Assembly (NCBI GenBank): GCA_965200835.1
Contig: OZ241390.1
Location: 2,563,286 to 2,627,285 of the forward strand
Direction: 5' to 3'
Origin: Acidimicrobiia bacterium
GTDB taxonomy: Bacteria; Actinomycetota; Acidimicrobiia; Spongiisociales; Spongiisociaceae
DNA: 64,000 bases
This document shows positions 37,952 to 48,516 of the stretch, one piece after another. The stretch's first letter is position 1, and each line of letters opens with the position of its first letter. A program made the translations under genes and the position numbers. The notes beneath the pieces are model-generated. The model was not told where the DNA came from. It made no database searches and saw only the letters and a program-made list of their open reading frames with translations.

Positions 37952-38791
37952 ATGTACGGGAGGTTCCGATCCCGGTTCAGGCAGGTAGTCACCTATGGCC
38001 TGGCCGCACTGGTGCTCGTAGTCATGGCCTTTCCGCTGTATGGCATCTTCCTGACCAGCGTGCAGACGGAGCGGGACATCCGCTCCCGGGATGTGGCCTT
38101 CGCTCCCTCCTATATCACCACCGAGCACTACCGCCAGATCTTCTCGGCCGATTCCGGCGTTCCGGTGACCGAGTCGATGATCAACAGCCTGATAGTGGCG
38201 GTGGCCACGGCAGTGGTTACGATGGTGATCGCAGTACCGGCGGCATATGCGATCAACCGGTTGCAGGTCCCCGGTAAGCGGATCATTCTGGGAGGATTCG
38301 CGGCTATATATGTGCTGCCTACCCTGCTGTTCGTGCTCCCGCTGTTCATAACGGTGGTCCAGCTCGGTCTTTACGACACCTATGTAGGTCTGGTGCTTCC
38401 TTATGTCGCGTTCACCCTGCCGTTCATGGTGTGGATCATGGGGTCCTTCGTGCGTTCGATCCCGGTTTCGGTCGAGGAAATGGCCCGGATCGACGGGGCC
38501 AATCTTGCCCAACTCATCTTCCGGATAGTTCTACCGCTGCTGAGGCCGGGTATCTTCGCCGGGTTGCTGCTCGGTTTCGTCCTGGCCTGGATCGAGTTCC
38601 TGACCCCGCTGCTCTTCACCAGCGACCTGTCGATGCTCACCGTCACGCTCGGCCTGTTCCGCTCTACCATGGACATCGCCATCGGTCAGCTAGCGGCCGC
38701 CACGGTGGTGACCGCCCTGCCGGTTATTCTCATTACTGCCCTGTTCCAGAAGAACATCACTCAGGTGATCACCGCCGGAGTGGAGAGATGA
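37952..38791 (+). CDS. ABC transporter permease (MalG/UgpE-like)
   Basis: EEMARIDGANLAQLIFRIVLPLLRP EAA loop. Confidence 0.8.
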   Translation: MYGRFRSRFRQVVTYGLAALVLVVMAFPLYGIFLTSVQTERDIRSRDVAFAPSYITTEHYRQIFSADSGVPVTESMINSLIVAVATAVVTMVIAVPAAYAINRLQVPGKRIILGGFAAIYVLPTLLFVLPLFITVVQLGLYDTYVGLVLPYVAFTLPFMVWIMGSFVRSIPVSVEEMARIDGANLAQLIFRIVLPLLRPGIFAGLLLGFVLAWIEFLTPLLFTSDLSMLTVTLGLFRSTMDIAIGQLAAATVVTALPVILITALFQKNITQVITAGVER

Positions 38792-38836
38792 TGGGTCCGG
38801 TCTTGGCGGGTGAGACCTCCGGAAGGATGTGACGTT

Positions 38837-39604
38837 ATGGCAAATCGGATAGATGTGGTCATCCAGCCGGTGGTGCTGAGGTTCTCCCTATCGGACGATG
38901 AGGTGGTCTACTACTTCGCCTCGGACACCGAAGCGATGCTGGACCGGATGGAGACGATGATGGGGATCGATCCGGCTCGCCATGCCCTATTCGACTCCAA
39001 TCTAGGGTTCCTGCCGGTATCGACCACCGTCCTAATCAGGGGAGAGCGGAACGTGCTGGTGGATCCGGGCAGCCACCACACCGGATTCTACGGGCAGCTG
39101 GCCATCGGGCTGTCCCGCTTCTCGGTTACCCCCGCGGACATCGATGTGGTGGTATGTACTCATTGCCATCACGACCACATGGGCAGTGCTTTCCGGATCC
39201 CCGGAGCCGAGCTGGTCATGGGCCAGGGGGAGGCCGACTTCTGCGAGGAACTGTACGGGCCGGAGGAGACCGCTGCTCGTCTGGCGGTGATGGGGAAGCT
39301 TACCGAGGTGCCCCGGGGAGGGGAGCTCGAGCTGATGCCCGGCGTAGTGGCGATCTCGACACCGGGCCACACCCCCGGCCATATCAGCGTGCTGGCGGAG
39401 TCCGATTCGGGCGAGCGGGTGATCGTGGCGGGCGACACGGTGATGACCCGCCGGGAATACTCGGAGAGGACCTTCTCCCACTGGTACTCGCAGGACCAGC
39501 TGGACGGCCTCCACTCCAGCCTCGACCGCCTCCATGCCCTGGAGCCGACCACCGTACTACCAGGCCATGACCGGGCCTTTACCCCTCCGGGGGGGTTGGT
39601 ATGA
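38837..39604 (+). CDS. MBL-fold metallo-hydrolase
   Basis: HCHHDHMG (the HxHxDH motif) and TPGHTPGH. Confidence 0.8.
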   Translation: MANRIDVVIQPVVLRFSLSDDEVVYYFASDTEAMLDRMETMMGIDPARHALFDSNLGFLPVSTTVLIRGERNVLVDPGSHHTGFYGQLAIGLSRFSVTPADIDVVVCTHCHHDHMGSAFRIPGAELVMGQGEADFCEELYGPEETAARLAVMGKLTEVPRGGELELMPGVVAISTPGHTPGHISVLAESDSGERVIVAGDTVMTRREYSERTFSHWYSQDQLDGLHSSLDRLHALEPTTVLPGHDRAFTPPGGLV

Positions 39605-40611
39605 CCGCCCTCCGGACCGCCGCGGTGGGGGTGGGGGCGATCGGGTCCTTGCACGCCCGCATCTACCAGGAACATCCGCTGGCCGAGCTGGTCGGGGTGG
39701 TCGACGTCGATCCTCAGAAGGCTCGGGCAGTGGGCGAATCGCTCGAGGTTCCCTGGTTCACCGAGGTCGATCAGCTGCTCCAAGCCTGTGACTTGGCGGC
39801 TGCCTCGGTGGCGGTTCCCGAGCACTACCGCCACGCCGTCGCCCTGCCTCTCGCCCGGGCCGGCAAGCATCTACTGCTGGAGAAGCCGCTCGCCCCATCT
39901 CTGGCCGAGACCGACCGATTGATAGCCGACCTGGCAAGTACGGGCGTGCTAACCATGGTGAACTTCATCCTGCGGTTCGACCCCCGCTACCTGGAGGCTC
40001 ACACCGCCGCCTCCTCCGGGCGCCTGGGCGACATCCACACCCTGTTCGTGCGCCGCCGCGGATCGTCCCTGGGAGCGGACATCTACGGAGTGTGGACCGA
40101 CCTCCTCATCTCCACCGGCATCCACGATCTCGACATCATGGCCTGGCTGGCCGCCTCCCCGGTGACCCGGGTCTACGCGGAAACCATTTCCCGCCGCTCC
40201 GCGCCCTACGGCCACGACGACGCCGCTATGGTGCTGGTCCGCTTCGAGAACGGCATCATCGGATCCCTCGAAACCAGCTGGGTGCTGCCTCCCACCCTCC
40301 CGGCACCGCTCGACGCCTCCCTGCAGGTGGTCGGCACTACGGGAGGGGTGTTCGTGGACGGGGCGAACCAGGGACTGACGATGGTGGATACTGAGGGGCT
40401 GTTCTTGCCCGATCTCACCCACTGGCCGGACATAGCAGGCCGGGTGGGGGGTGATCTGGCCACCTCGCTCGACCATTTCATCCGCTCGGTGCTGGCCGGG
40501 AAGCCGCCGCTGGTCACCCTGGCCGATGCCCGGCGCGCCCATGCCATGGTGGACGCCGCCAAACGTTCGGCCGCCCGGAACCTTCCGATGGCCCTCACCC
40601 CGCCTCCCTGA
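39601..40611 (+). CDS. Gfo/Idh/MocA family oxidoreductase
   Basis: N-terminal Rossmann fold AAVGVGAIGSLH. EKPLAP motif. Confidence 0.8.
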   Translation: MTALRTAAVGVGAIGSLHARIYQEHPLAELVGVVDVDPQKARAVGESLEVPWFTEVDQLLQACDLAAASVAVPEHYRHAVALPLARAGKHLLLEKPLAPSLAETDRLIADLASTGVLTMVNFILRFDPRYLEAHTAASSGRLGDIHTLFVRRRGSSLGADIYGVWTDLLISTGIHDLDIMAWLAASPVTRVYAETISRRSAPYGHDDAAMVLVRFENGIIGSLETSWVLPPTLPAPLDASLQVVGTTGGVFVDGANQGLTMVDTEGLFLPDLTHWPDIAGRVGGDLATSLDHFIRSVLAGKPPLVTLADARRAHAMVDAAKRSAARNLPMALTPPP

Positions 40612-40633
40612 ACCTCGGAGCATCGCCAACCGC

Positions 40634-42097
40634 ATGCCTAGGCCACGGATCGGGGTTGCTTCCCTCGTCCAGGAGACCAACACCTTCAGCCCCAAGCCCA
40701 CCCGGTGGGACGACTTCAACATCCTGGTAGGCAACAATGCGGTCACCTCCCTGGCAGGCACCAACACCGAGTTCGCTGGCGCGTTCCACGAGCTTGAGCA
40801 GCAGGCGACCGATCCGGTCCCGCTGCTGGCCGCCTGGGCACTGCCATCAGGTGGGATAGCCCCGGAGGACTTCGAGCGCCTGGTCGAGCTGCTGGACAAC
40901 CGGCTGGTCGAGGCCGGTCCGCTAGACGGACTGATCCTGTCCCTGCACGGGGCGATGGCGGCCGGATCGGTGTTCGACGCCGACTCGGCCCTGATGGAAG
41001 CCGCTCGGCGCCGCATCGGGAATGCTCCCCTGGGTGTCTGCCTGGATCTCCATGCCAACGTGACAGCTCGGATGGTGGAGCTCTGTGATGTGATGGTCGG
41101 ATACCGGACCGAGCCTCACATCGACATGGCCGCTACCGGGGCGCGGATCGCCCGCCTGCTGGCCATGGTTCTGCGCAAGGAGGTGTCGCCAACTATGGCG
41201 CTGGCCAAGCGTCCCCTGCTGATTCCGGCCGAAGGTATGCGCACTGATGTGGGTCCGATGTCCGAAGTCCGGGTGCTGGCCGACTCCCTCATCGGATCCC
41301 GGGTACTCGACATCTCGCTCTTCCCGGTCCAGCCCTGGCTGGATGTTCCCGAGCTGGGTCTGGGAGTCCTGGCGGTGACCGATGCCGATTTGCCGGGAGC
41401 CCGATCGTTAGCCGAACGACTGGCCAACGAGGTCTGGAGTCGCCGGACGCAGATGGTCACGCCCCGCCTCATGGCTCCGAAGGAGGCCTTCGAGGCGGCT
41501 CGGAGGTCGGCCACTCGCCCCTTCCTGATGGCTCACTCGGCCGATTGCCCTACTGCCGGGGCCGCGGGTGACGATCCGATCATGGTCACCGAAGCCGCCG
41601 CCCACGCGGCCGATCTGATGGTGATGGACACCGTGGTGGACCCCGAAGCGGCCCGGCGATGCCGCTCGGCAGTGGGCGAGCGGGTCCGGGTCCGGCTGGG
41701 AGGAAGTTTCAACCCCGCAGCGGCTCCGGTGCAGGTGGAAGGGAGGGTGCGCCGGGCCGGTGCCGGCGACTACCGACTGGCCGGCCGGTCGTTCACCGGT
41801 AGGCGGGTCACGATGGGGGAGTGGGGGGTGGTGGAAACGGGCCTTCATCGGCTGCTGATCTCATCGCGGCCGGCCATCAGCGCCGATCCGGCCACGTGGC
41901 GGCACGCCGGTCTCGATCCTGACCGGGCCGATGTGCTGATCGTCCGCTCCTGCAGCGACTACCGGGCCAACTTTCCTTCATCCGTTGCGGAGGCGATCAC
42001 CCTCGACCTGCCCGGGGCCAGCACCCCCAGACTCCAGAACCTCCGCTTCCGTCACGCTCCCCGTCCCCTCTACCCACTCGATCCGGTCGTGATCTGA
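40634..42097 (+). CDS. M81 (MlrC-like) family metallopeptidase
   Basis: RIGVASLVQETNTFSP N-terminus is typical of MlrC family proteins. ATG at 40634. Confidence 0.7.
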   Translation: MPRPRIGVASLVQETNTFSPKPTRWDDFNILVGNNAVTSLAGTNTEFAGAFHELEQQATDPVPLLAAWALPSGGIAPEDFERLVELLDNRLVEAGPLDGLILSLHGAMAAGSVFDADSALMEAARRRIGNAPLGVCLDLHANVTARMVELCDVMVGYRTEPHIDMAATGARIARLLAMVLRKEVSPTMALAKRPLLIPAEGMRTDVGPMSEVRVLADSLIGSRVLDISLFPVQPWLDVPELGLGVLAVTDADLPGARSLAERLANEVWSRRTQMVTPRLMAPKEAFEAARRSATRPFLMAHSADCPTAGAAGDDPIMVTEAAAHAADLMVMDTVVDPEAARRCRSAVGERVRVRLGGSFNPAAAPVQVEGRVRRAGAGDYRLAGRSFTGRRVTMGEWGVVETGLHRLLISSRPAISADPATWRHAGLDPDRADVLIVRSCSDYRANFPSSVAEAITLDLPGASTPRLQNLRFRHAPRPLYPLDPVVI

Positions 42098-42098
42098 C

Positions 42099-43379
42099 AT
42101 GGCGGTCACTCAGGGAGGTGGAGTGGCAGGAGAGCCGGAGCGGGCGAATCACGATCCGGTCCGGCAGGAGATACTCGGCTTCCTCGAACGCACCGAGGGC
42201 GATCAGCTGAAGTTCGCTCGGGAGCTGATCGCCACCCCCAGTCCCAACCCACCCGGGGATGAGCGGGCGGTGGTTGAGCTGATCCGGCAGCGGTTGGCCG
42301 GATTGGGGATCACCGACTTCCGGTCGCTGGCAGCCCAACCGGCCAGGCCCAACCTGGTGGCTCGCCTGCCAGGACGCCGACCCGGCCGCAAGCTGATCCT
42401 GTCCGGCCACACCGACACCAAACCTCCGGGCGACCGGTCCCGCTGGCGGACCGACCCTTGGGATCCGATCATCTTGGAAGGCCGGCTGTACGGGTTGGGG
42501 TCCGGGGACATGAAGGCGGCGTTGGCCGCCATGATCTACGCCGCCGCTGCTCTGGCCCGCTCCGGAGGCTGGGAGGGTCAGCTGGAGCTGGTGTTCACCG
42601 CTGACGAGGAGGGTGGATCCACCCTGGGGTCGAAGTGGCTGGCCGACCAGGGTCACCTGGCAGCGGATGCCGCCATCATCGGCGAGCCATGCGGGATCGC
42701 CCGGGAGTGGGAGAGCATCGGTGCCATCTGCCGGGGGTCGGCCCTGTTCGACATCGAGGTCGTGGGCACCCAGATGCACTCCAGCATCTCCGATCGCTTC
42801 GACCCGGTCAACGCCACGCTCGAGATGGCCGGGCTGATCGGCCGCATGCACCGGGAGCTGCTCGACCACCTGACCTTCACACCCCATCCTCCGGATGGTG
42901 TGGTGCCGACCGTGAACATCGGGGTGATGGCCGAGGCGGGGGTGTACTACGGCGTGTATCCCGGCCGAGCGCGCTTCTCCTCTGACATCCGCCTGGTGCC
43001 CGGCATGACCGCCGAGAGTGTCACCGCCGACCTGCAGCGGTTTCTCGACCGAACGATGGCCGCCAACCCGCGCCTGGAAGCCGAACTGCACATGGTGGGA
43101 TGCAGCGAAGCGACGGGGATCCCATTCGAGCATCCGGCGGTAGTGGCCCTCCAGCGAGCAGCCGGCCAGGTCCTGGGCAGGCAGGTAGAACCGGCCATCT
43201 TTCCTGGCGCGACCGACGCTCTCAGCTTCCAGGGCATCGCCGGTGTTCCGACCGTGGCCGCCTTCGGACCGGGCTATTTGACCAGGGCCCACGCGCCCAA
43301 CGAGTGGCTGGGTGCCGGGGGAGTCAACCAGGCCGCCCGGATCTATGCCCTAGCCGCCCTCGAGTACTTGTCCGCCTGA
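42099..43379 (+). CDS. M20 family peptidase / ArgE-DapE-type deacylase
   Basis: LSGHTDTKPPGD and GSGDMKAALAAM metal-binding motifs. Confidence 0.8.
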   Translation: MAVTQGGGVAGEPERANHDPVRQEILGFLERTEGDQLKFARELIATPSPNPPGDERAVVELIRQRLAGLGITDFRSLAAQPARPNLVARLPGRRPGRKLILSGHTDTKPPGDRSRWRTDPWDPIILEGRLYGLGSGDMKAALAAMIYAAAALARSGGWEGQLELVFTADEEGGSTLGSKWLADQGHLAADAAIIGEPCGIAREWESIGAICRGSALFDIEVVGTQMHSSISDRFDPVNATLEMAGLIGRMHRELLDHLTFTPHPPDGVVPTVNIGVMAEAGVYYGVYPGRARFSSDIRLVPGMTAESVTADLQRFLDRTMAANPRLEAELHMVGCSEATGIPFEHPAVVALQRAAGQVLGRQVEPAIFPGATDALSFQGIAGVPTVAAFGPGYLTRAHAPNEWLGAGGVNQAARIYALAALEYLSA

Positions 43380-43493
43380 GAAGTGGGGGAGGGCGCTCGT
43401 ACTTGAATCGAGTCATGGGCGTCCGCAGCGGGTCCGCAGCAACGGATATCATCAGGCCAGGCAGGTGATGGACCAACCAGGAGACGCTCTCGC

Positions 43494-44414
43494 ATGATCA
43501 TCGACACCCATCTCCATCCGACCAACGTGGTCGACGAAGCCTGGAGGCACACCGGTGAACCTTTCACGGGGGAGCGAATGCTCAAGCTGATGGACGGTCC
43601 GTACTGGATCAACGGGAAACCCCGCCGCATCGACATGGGGTTCATCCAGCCACCACCCGGCAACACCGCCTGGCGGGACGGTGGTCGGGGAGGCCGTGAA
43701 GGGGTCCGGGACTACATGGCCTACATCACGGAGCTCACCCAGAAGTACCCTGACCGGTTCATCGGAAACTTCAACTACAACCCCCGCTTCGGTCCGGACA
43801 ACGGCGCCGCCGAGCTCGAGTTCCATGTCAAGGAGTACGGCTTCAAGATGATGAAGCTCCACGCCAACATGCACGCCTACCGGCCGGATCGGGCCCTGGA
43901 CTGGCTGCGGCCCGCCCTCCGCAAGTGTGACGAGCTGGGGGTGGTGGTCCTGCTCCACACCGGTGACGGTCCCTACTCGATCCCGACACAGTTCTATCCG
44001 ATCATCCGAGAGTTTCCGAACGTGAAGTTCATCATCGGGCACTTCGGGGTCCAGACCGGCGGGGTCTACTGCTTCGAGGCCTTTTGGATGATCATGGACT
44101 CGCCCAATGTCTACGGTGAGTCGGGCTGGTTGCTCCAGTCCCGGATCGTAGAGTTCGCCAAGGAGATGCCCAGGGATCGCCTGGTCTTCGGCACCGACTC
44201 GCCCCCCAACGATCCCGGAATGTGGCTTACCCACCTGGAGGTGCTGTGCCACGAACCTCCGCAGGGTCTCGGGATCGGGGAGGATCAGCTGGAGGACTAC
44301 ATGGGCAACAACATCGCACGCCTGGTGGGGATCCAGCCGACCGCTCCACCCGCCAACCTGGAGGACGCCAAAGCACAGCTGGCCGAGGGATCTTACGGGC
44401 GCCCAGTCGATTAG
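43494..44414 (+). CDS. Amidohydrolase-2 family TIM-barrel metal-dependent hydrolase
   Basis: IIDTHLHP start motif, LLHTGDG and IIGHFG. Confidence 0.75.
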   Translation: MIIDTHLHPTNVVDEAWRHTGEPFTGERMLKLMDGPYWINGKPRRIDMGFIQPPPGNTAWRDGGRGGREGVRDYMAYITELTQKYPDRFIGNFNYNPRFGPDNGAAELEFHVKEYGFKMMKLHANMHAYRPDRALDWLRPALRKCDELGVVVLLHTGDGPYSIPTQFYPIIREFPNVKFIIGHFGVQTGGVYCFEAFWMIMDSPNVYGESGWLLQSRIVEFAKEMPRDRLVFGTDSPPNDPGMWLTHLEVLCHEPPQGLGIGEDQLEDYMGNNIARLVGIQPTAPPANLEDAKAQLAEGSYGRPVD

Positions 44415-44804
44415 GCCCTGATCTGATGCCCGACTCCATACCAGGTGGCTCAGCACCGGAGTGCCATCCCGAGAGGCGACGGATCGTCCGGGGCCCGAGA
44501 GGATCGAGAATCCTGGGCAAAACTGTCACACCCATGGTGCATAATGACAGTTAACCGTAAACACCATCGGTCCGTGGCTGACGTCGAGCGGACCGCCGGA
44601 GGGATCACACTTCGAAACGGGACCCGCAGGGTAGGGGGAGCCGCGTTTCGAACCAAGGAGGTGGCGGCCGGGGGAGGGCCCAGCGGGCGAAGGGTCGGCG
44701 GCGTTTTTCGCGTTCTCGCCACCCTCGAGCATGCCACCGGCTCCTACCTGAGACCAGGGGCCGCCTGGTTCATGGCCGGCCGGCTTGCCTGCCCGAGGTG
44801 AGAC

Positions 44805-46220
44805 ATGACCGCACCTAACTACACCGGCAGCCAGGATCTGCACGACTTCCTGGCCTCCTACACGGCTGATCACCCCCACGATGTCCTGCGCATCTCCGAC
44901 CGGGTTCCCGATTCCCAGGATGTGGCCAGCCTGGTCTGGACCATGGCCTCCACGAACCGTCGGGAGATGCTCCGCTTCGAGAGGATCGCCGGAATCCCCC
45001 ATGAGGTAGTAACCAACGTGTTCGCCTGCCGTCGCCGGATCGCTCGCATTCTGGGGGCCGAGAGCCACGATGACCTCCATACGACCTACCAAGCTCGCAC
45101 CCGCCATCTGATCCCACCGGTCGAGGTTGGGGAAGGTCCGGTGTTCGACCGGACGACCGAAGCGGATCGGATCGACCTCCGGACGTTCCCGCTCATAACC
45201 CACTTCGCCACCGACCGGGCTCCCTATGTGACCAGCGGCATCATGGTGGCGGAGGGCGAAGACGGCGTCGGCAATCTCAGCTACCAGCGAGCAATGGTCC
45301 ATTCCCCCACCGAGTTCGCCACCAGCCTCCACTCCCGGGGAGACCTGTGGCGCATGCTGGGAGCCGCAGCCGCCCGAGGCCGATCCCTGCCGGTAGCCCT
45401 GGTGATGGGTGGCCACCCCCTGTTCATGCTGGCCGCCTCCGCCCGGGTCCCGATGAACGTCGACGAACGCCAGGTGGCGGGAGGTCTGTTCGGCTCCCCG
45501 CTCGAAGTAGTCAGGACCCCGCTCTACGGCATCGCCATTCCGGCAACCACCGATTTCGTGTTCGAAGGGGTGATCGATCCGTCCGAAACCGTGGAGGAAG
45601 GCCCGTTCGGCGAATTCACCGGCTACTCCTCCGATCGGTCCACCAACAGCTTGTTCCGGGTCGAAGGAATCTACTCCCGGAGCGATCCCGTACTGATCGA
45701 CATCGTGGGCGGCAACTCGGATGAGCATCTCAACCTGGGCCGGATTCCCCGAGAAGCAGAGATGGCCGAGAAGCTCAAGGACCGCTTTCCCGATGTGGTC
45801 GCCCTCCACTACCCGAACTCGGGCAGCCACTTCCACTGCTATGTGAAGTTGCGTCCGGGGCGGGCCGGCCAGGCGCGCCAGGTGATGCTGGGACTGCTCG
45901 GCTGGGACCCGTATGTCAAGACGGTGATCGCCGTCGACGACGACATCGACATGACCAACGATGCCGAGGTGCTGTGGGCGCTGGCTGCCCACTTCCAGCC
46001 GGCCACCGATCTGTTCGTTATCGACGGCCTGCCGGGCAGCCCGCTCGATCCGTCCTCCTCCCTGGCCGGAACCACCTCCCGCCTGGCTCTGGACGCCACG
46101 AGGGGTCCGAACTTCAACGGCATCCGGATCGGGTTCGATGAGGAATCCCTGGCACGGGCTAGGGCCCTACTAGCCGGTGGCTATCCTCTGTTCGACAGGA
46201 TCCAGCCGGACAGGAGGTAA
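44805..46220 (+). CDS. UbiD family (prFMN-dependent) decarboxylase
   Basis: EEGPFGEFTGYSS signature. 471 aa. Confidence 0.8.
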   Translation: MTAPNYTGSQDLHDFLASYTADHPHDVLRISDRVPDSQDVASLVWTMASTNRREMLRFERIAGIPHEVVTNVFACRRRIARILGAESHDDLHTTYQARTRHLIPPVEVGEGPVFDRTTEADRIDLRTFPLITHFATDRAPYVTSGIMVAEGEDGVGNLSYQRAMVHSPTEFATSLHSRGDLWRMLGAAAARGRSLPVALVMGGHPLFMLAASARVPMNVDERQVAGGLFGSPLEVVRTPLYGIAIPATTDFVFEGVIDPSETVEEGPFGEFTGYSSDRSTNSLFRVEGIYSRSDPVLIDIVGGNSDEHLNLGRIPREAEMAEKLKDRFPDVVALHYPNSGSHFHCYVKLRPGRAGQARQVMLGLLGWDPYVKTVIAVDDDIDMTNDAEVLWALAAHFQPATDLFVIDGLPGSPLDPSSSLAGTTSRLALDATRGPNFNGIRIGFDEESLARARALLAGGYPLFDRIQPDRR

Positions 46221-46231
46221 CGATTCCAATT

Positions 46232-47236
46232 TTGACCCAACTCAGAAACGCCGCCCGCCACTCCTGGGTGGTCGGAATGCTGCTCCTCGCGCTAGTCGTA
46301 TCTGCGTAGGCGGAGGAGGAAACGGCCGGCCGCTCGGCGGACGATCCGATCCGGATCGCCATGGTGGGTCCCAGCGCCTCGAACGACCTGGCCTTCACCC
46401 AGAGCATGGTGGACTCGCTGGGTCGGCTGGGCGAGATGCACAACATCACGGTCGATGTCACCGACGGGACCTTCGTGATCGAGGACGCCGCTTTGGCCAT
46501 CCGCGGTTATGCCGAGGACGGGTTCGACATCGTGCTCGCCCACGGCTCACAGTTCGGTGGTTCGCTCTCCGAGATGGCCCCGGACTTTCCCGACACGGTG
46601 TTTGCCTGGGGGACCAGCCGCGACACCTTCGACCTGCCGAACGTCTACTCGTACAGTGTCAAGGCCGACGAGGGCGGCTTCCTGAACGGAACCATCGCCG
46701 CCCGCATGACCGAGTCGAACATTATCGGTGTAGTGGGTCCCATCGAAGTAGGTGACATCAAGGCCTATATAGACGGTTTCCTGGCCGGGGTGGCCTCGGT
46801 GGATCCGTCGATAACCGTGAACGTCAACTACATCGACTCGTTCAGTGATGTGGCCCTGGCGGCGGAGGCAGCCCAGGCCCATGTCGAGGCCGGCGCCGAC
46901 GTGATGACCGGAGTGTCCCAGATGGTGGTCGGAGCAACCGGGGTGGCCCGGGAACATGGGGTCCTGTGGTTCGGTTCCCAGTCCGATCAGGTTCCCCTCG
47001 GCGAGGACATTGTGGTGGCTTCCAAGATCTACCACTGGGACTACCAGCTGAACCAGATCGTCGAGGACTTTCTCGCCGGTGAGGTGAACGGCCGGGTAAT
47101 CGTGGCCGACTTCGCGAACGGCGGTCTCAGCATGGCATACAACCCGGGCCTGCCGCTCTCCGATGACCTTCAGGCGGCGGCTGATGCGGTCGAAGCCGGT
47201 CTCAAGGACGGTTCGATCACCACCGGAGTCGAGTAG
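46232..47236 (+). pseudogene. BMP-family (PnrA/Med-like) ABC substrate-binding lipoprotein interrupted by an in-frame TAG after the signal peptide
   Basis: The same frame reads MTQLRNAARHSWVVGMLLLALVVSA, then TAG (46307-46309), then AEEETAGRSADDPIRIAMVGPSASNDLAFTQSM and onward. The track only shows the portion from 46361. Confidence 0.6.
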
Positions 47237-47350
47237 GCGAGGATCAGACCAACAGGTGTCCATCCGCTGGTGAGACCCGCCCCGTTGCATCCCCCGGTCG
47301 ACAACCGGCCGGGGGGTGGGTTGGGCTTCGTGGCCGGCCGCTAGGAAGTC

Positions 47351-48450
47351 GTGCTGAAGCCGGACTGGAAACGGATCGCCGGCCGTCTGGCCGGACCGGG
47401 CGTGTTGGTAGGCGCGGTGTTGGCGGCCGCCGTCATCGGGGCGATCATGCTGGCGATCCTGGGTGCCAACCCGCTCACCGGTTACGCCGCTCTCATCGAT
47501 GGAGCCTTCGGAGGTGGCAAGAACCTAGCCAATAGCGCTCTCAAGTCGATGCCGCTCCTGCTGGTCGGGGTTGGGATCACCGTCGCTTTCCGAGCCGGCG
47601 TCATCAATATCGGGGGCGAGGGTCAGATCATCGCCGGGGCCATCCTGTCCACCCTGGTGGTCCTGGCACTGCCCGATGTTCCGCGGTTCGGTCTGATACC
47701 GCTGGCGTTTGTCATCGGTGCGCTGGGCGGCGCCATGTGGGGAGGTCTGGCCGGGGTCCTGAAGGCGTATGCCGGGGTGAACGAGATCCTGAGCACCATC
47801 ATGCTCAACGTCATCGCGGTCCAGATCCTCAACCTGTTGCTGCGGGGACCACTCATGGATCCGGGCGAGATCGAACGGGGATCGCGGTTCCCCACACCGA
47901 ACGGCTCAGTACCAACGCGGACCTCCCCATCCTACCCGGTGGGACCCGGCTCCATCTGGGGGTAGTGGTAGCGGTGCTGATGGCGGTCGCCTGCTACTAC
48001 CTGCTGTTCCGCACCACCCAGGGGCTGCGACTCAGAGCCGTCGGTCACAACCTGTTCGCCTCGCGATATGCCGGGATGTCGGTGGAACGCAACGTAGTCC
48101 TGGCCTTCGTATACAGCGGCGCCATGTGCTGTATCGCCGGCGTGGTGCTGGTCTTCGGCAGCGAAGGACACCGCCTGGCCACCGATGGGGGCGCCACCAC
48201 CTTCACCGGCGCGGCCGGATTCAACGGGATCGTGGCGGCGCTGTTCGGCGGTCTCCATCCGCTCTGGACTATCCCCGCCTCGTTCCTGTTCGGGAGCCTG
48301 CTGGTGGGGGCTATTGCCATGCAACGGGCAGTACAGGTTCCGGCCGCTCTCATCCTGGCCCTCAACGGGTTGGTGGTGGTGTTCGTGGTGGGAAGCATGC
48401 AAGCCCGCATCTGGCTGGCGAGAGCCAGCCAACCGGAGCACGGCCGTTGA
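47351..48450 (+). pseudogene. ABC permease (BMP/nucleoside-type, first of two) with a frameshift
   Basis: Track ORFs 47351..47965 and 47737..48450 are the two halves of one permease. The reading frame changes at the GGGG run 47877-47880. Confidence 0.7.
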
Positions 48451-48516
48451 GGAGGGCGGCTCCGACCAGGCCGGGAGCGATCCCACCCCCGACGACCCCG
48501 GCCGGGAAGGTCTGCC

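Noticed and set aside
47877-47880. Phase variation by slipped-strand mispairing at the G runs
   Set aside because: Tracts of 4-5 G are much shorter than known contingency-locus repeats. A technical homopolymer error or simple mutation is more parsimonious.
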